Assembly: GCF_000711695.1 (NCBI RefSeq)
Contig: NW_013547017.1
Location: 124,001-188,000 of the forward strand
Reading direction: 5' to 3'
Length of the DNA: 64,000 nucleotides
From: Tilletiaria anomala UBC 951
Taxonomy: Eukaryota
The notes beneath the pieces were generated by a model. That model saw nothing but the letters and a program-made list of their open reading frames with translations. It searched no databases and was not told the DNA's origin. A program made the position numbers and the translations under genes. Shown here piece after piece: positions 61,223-64,000 of this stretch. Each line of letters opens with the position of its first letter. Within the stretch, counting starts at the first letter, position 1.

Positions 61223-62797
61223 CTATCCCTTGCGCAACAGCGTGCGCTTGAAGAACGCAATCACGCGGCTGACCAGCCCACCCTTGTGATCACTATCCCT
61301 GAGGTCATCGCTGCGCCAAACCCAGCCAGTGGGCAACTGGATCATCCCGACGGAGCCCTCATCGGGCGGCAGGATGCTCATGATAGGGCGCGCAGAAAGC
61401 TCTCGGCCCAGATTGGCGTGTACGGCCATTAGCTCAAATGGCGAGCGACCTGCTTCCACCGCCTCATTGATACCCTGTGTTAAAGTCTTGCGCGCCTGTT
61501 GCGCGGCTTCGCTGAAGACGTCTCTGTAACGCGCAGGCAGGACATCTTCCGGTATCAAATTGGAAAGGGCACGCAGTTCAGGATCCGTATAGTATGGCGG
61601 AATCTTCCAAAGGCGATAAAATGGTTCGTCCTCAGGTGGTTCCAAGAAGCCGACCGGTGGGGGCTCGCAAGCTTGCGACTCAGATTCCGTTTGCGCGGCG
61701 AGCGGCGAACTCTTGTGCGGAGAATTGGAGAATGAAGGGCGACCGCGCACTGGGCTGTTAGAAAGATGAAGTGACGAACGATGTTCTTGGCTGCCTTGCG
61801 CTTCGCCAAATGGATCATTATCAGCAGTTGGCTGCCTCTGACACGTCCGTCGTCGCGCTGGCGTGATCACCTCAAATCCCAGTACGCGGACGAGGAGGTT
61901 CACCGCGTCGCGCTCGAATTCTGGCCCTGCAGCCTCGAGGAGGACAGCCTCATCAAAGGCCCAAATAGCTTGATAGCAACCCGCGCCACCGCGGTCTCTT
62001 CCTCGTGCCTGGCACTGCATAAAGAGGCGAAGCGCGCCAAAGAAGGGTCGTGTTCCCACTTGTACGGACGTGCAATGGGAACGAATGAATTCTTGCAGCA
62101 CCCCGTACCGCGCCCGTCTGTCGGCGGCAGAACGCGGACGTTCGCCGTGATCGGGTAGTTTGGAGGCCGGTATAGCATTTTCGATATCTCGCTCCAGTCG
62201 CTCACGGCCCTGTCTTGCTACTTGGGCATGAAAGTCTTGTCGGACTTTAGCTTGTAGACGCATGTAAGTCGGTCGGTGCGTGGGCGGGGCCTTGTTCAGC
62301 ATGGATTCCATTGCCAATTTACTCGCCTCATCTTGTTCGAAATAGAACCCGTGGCAGGTAGCAGCAAAGCCTTTCAAATCGACTGGGGTTGGGCTACGAG
62401 GAGGAGCAGGAACCATAGAAGTGCCGCTCATCTTAGGCGACCCCATCTTAGGCGACCCGTTAAGCACAGGGCTTTGGGAGGTTCGAGGTAGCGGGGGCAC
62501 ATTGTACACCAATTGAGACGGTGGGGGCGAACATGTGCTGCTCGGTCGAAAAGGCGAGCTTCGCCGCTCGATCGAAACAGGGGGCGGCGACGGTGAATGA
62601 AGCGATGTTCGGAACTCGAATCCTGTAATGCTTCGGGCTCTGCCATGTTCCCCATCCTGCTTTTCTACTTGATGAGCTTGATTGTCTCCATCTATGGCGT
62701 CGTGAAAGAGACCGACGGCACGCTTGGGCTTGGGTGCTGCAAGAAGTGGCGGGGCTGCTGAGGCCGAGCCTCCCGACGCTGTCAAAGGGCCAGACAT
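61223..62797 (-). CDS. Hypothetical protein (524 aa, intronless)
   Basis: Long ATG ORF with an S/P-rich N-terminus and globular-looking blocks (FAATCHGFYFEQD..YMRLQAKVR, IWAFDEAVLLEAAG..LVRVLGFE, GMIQLPTGWVWRS). Confidence 0.8.
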   Translation of the reverse strand: MSGPLTASGGSASAAPPLLAAPKPKRAVGLFHDAIDGDNQAHQVEKQDGEHGRARSITGFEFRTSLHSPSPPPVSIERRSSPFRPSSTCSPPPSQLVYNVPPLPRTSQSPVLNGSPKMGSPKMSGTSMVPAPPRSPTPVDLKGFAATCHGFYFEQDEASKLAMESMLNKAPPTHRPTYMRLQAKVRQDFHAQVARQGRERLERDIENAIPASKLPDHGERPRSAADRRARYGVLQEFIRSHCTSVQVGTRPFFGALRLFMQCQARGRDRGGAGCYQAIWAFDEAVLLEAAGPEFERDAVNLLVRVLGFEVITPARRRTCQRQPTADNDPFGEAQGSQEHRSSLHLSNSPVRGRPSFSNSPHKSSPLAAQTESESQACEPPPVGFLEPPEDEPFYRLWKIPPYYTDPELRALSNLIPEDVLPARYRDVFSEAAQQARKTLTQGINEAVEAGRSPFELMAVHANLGRELSARPIMSILPPDEGSVGMIQLPTGWVWRSDDLRDSDHKGGLVSRVIAFFKRTLLRKG

Positions 62798-63569
62798 GAT
62801 TTCCTCGTTGGATCTTCACGTCGGGAATTTTGCTACAGAGTGCTAAGCGTCTTACCGCACCAGAAGAGGTGCAATTCCTCGGAAGTGGAGGACGATGTTG
62901 TTTCGATGATTCAGGTGACGACTGCCTATCGGCACGGTGATAAATCTGGCTTCGGGACACGTCGAAACAGCATTCTGTAATCTCTCTGCCGAGGCTCAAG
63001 ATGCGAAGCGGAGGTGGGTCCCCCTATCCTCTAATGTCCAGTGGACATGCATCAATCGCAGCCTGTCCGCCCTTGGCCTGAAATCAGCATATTAAAATCT
63101 TGAAATGTGGTACGAAGGAGATGCACAGACAGGCGACAGCGGATGAAAAGGCGGACTTACAAGATGTTGTCATTAACAAGACTTTTTTTTCGCGGCAGGG
63201 AGAGCATTCCTTTTTACTACCATAACTACAATACAATGTTGAAACATCCCACCATCGTTTAAGCTACTTTTTTCGCAGGGTGTAGCATCGCTATGCTACG
63301 TTTTATTAAAGGAGAGGCTCACGAGTTACCGTCAGATCGGCTTGGGGAGCTTGCTCATGCATTGCAAACAGGGCCTCAAATTCGTTTGTTGGGCACGAAA
63401 AACTTGTCTCGTGCATGCGGTATCCGCATGGCGATGGCCAGACAAGCGGTCATAAGTTGGCTACTTCATCCTCAAGTACATGTCGATGTTGTGCAGAGCC
63501 ATATGTAACTTCCCTACCGGAAAGGCGGGCGGAGAGAGAAAGTCAACGGTCTGCCCAGCACCAGGTCAT

Positions 63570-64000
63570 GTGTTGGAGCCCCTGCCTTGCCGGTTTAAGC
63601 ACCGCTACGACTCATGCTTTGAAAGGTAGAGTGTGTGAGTTGGCAACCCTGTTGAAAGCCAGAGTGTCCACATCTTCGACGTCTCCGTCTGGCGCACGGA
63701 ATCGCAAAGCCCAACGCAGGATGGAGCAGTTGATGAAGATGGATCAATTGGCGACATTGAGGCTGACGCAGATTCTGTGACCAAAGTCGAACTGAATATT
63801 ACCGCGCGTTGAGAACCACGGCCTTGTACCGTCTGACCATCATCGCTTAACAAGCGTCCAGGTTTGAAGATGTGCGGCTCAAGGGAGATGTACCCATGGT
63901 ACCCTATGAAATGATGTCTTTTTGAGAGCAACTAGTCCTTATGCAGGATGTCTTTGGCGATGCCATGAAGAACGCCACCCCTCCGAAATCAGGCATCTCC
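63570..64000 (-). pseudogene. Degraded cytochrome P450 (C-terminal part; the rest lies beyond the window)
   Basis: GGVLHGIAKDILHKD*LL..FIGYHGYIS, PERF-like EPHIFKPGRLL, a frameshift, then heme motif FDFGHRICVS (63791-63762) LNVAN*SIFIN...DTLAF..ANSHTLPFKA*. Confidence 0.8.

Noticed and set aside
1..64000. tRNA, rRNA, CRISPR arrays, telomeric repeats, transposase or retroelement ORFs
   Set aside because: None recognised; isolated GTTCGA words fall inside coding sequence without cloverleaf context.

Overview
Gene-dense fungal genomic DNA with short spliceosomal introns (mostly 60-100 nt, GTGAGT/GTGCGT...CAG). Gene content and intron style suggest a basidiomycete, probably Ustilaginomycotina (inference). 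About 22 intact protein-coding genes can be reconstructed: ITC1/ACF1 (partial), an orphan ORF, D-galacturonate reductase GaaA, a thioredoxin-fold protein ending in SKL, kinesin-6, an MFS transporter, MPDU1, a DUF1295 protein, an APSES transcription factor, U1-70K, an INO80-type coiled-coil protein, RRP36, Spc105/KNL1, a Whi3/Scw1-type RRM protein, LTO1, an ERF2-like DHHC palmitoyltransferase, a type-2 asparaginase, a GPAT, a PCI-like protein, PTPA, glutamyl-tRNA synthetase, APC5 and a hypothetical protein. The most striking observation is that the Whi3/Scw1 ORF has no stop codon before it runs in frame into exon 1 of LTO1. Its only stop lies inside the LTO1 intron donor, so splicing predicts a Whi3-Lto1 fusion protein and intron retention predicts free Whi3. 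Three decayed metabolic pseudogenes lie in apparently intergenic DNA: DUF1479/Gig2-like, a secreted GH43 glycoside hydrolase, and a cytochrome P450. No rRNA, tRNA, CRISPR or recognisable transposon was seen. Family calls come from motif recognition by eye, not database searches, and splice models are manual.
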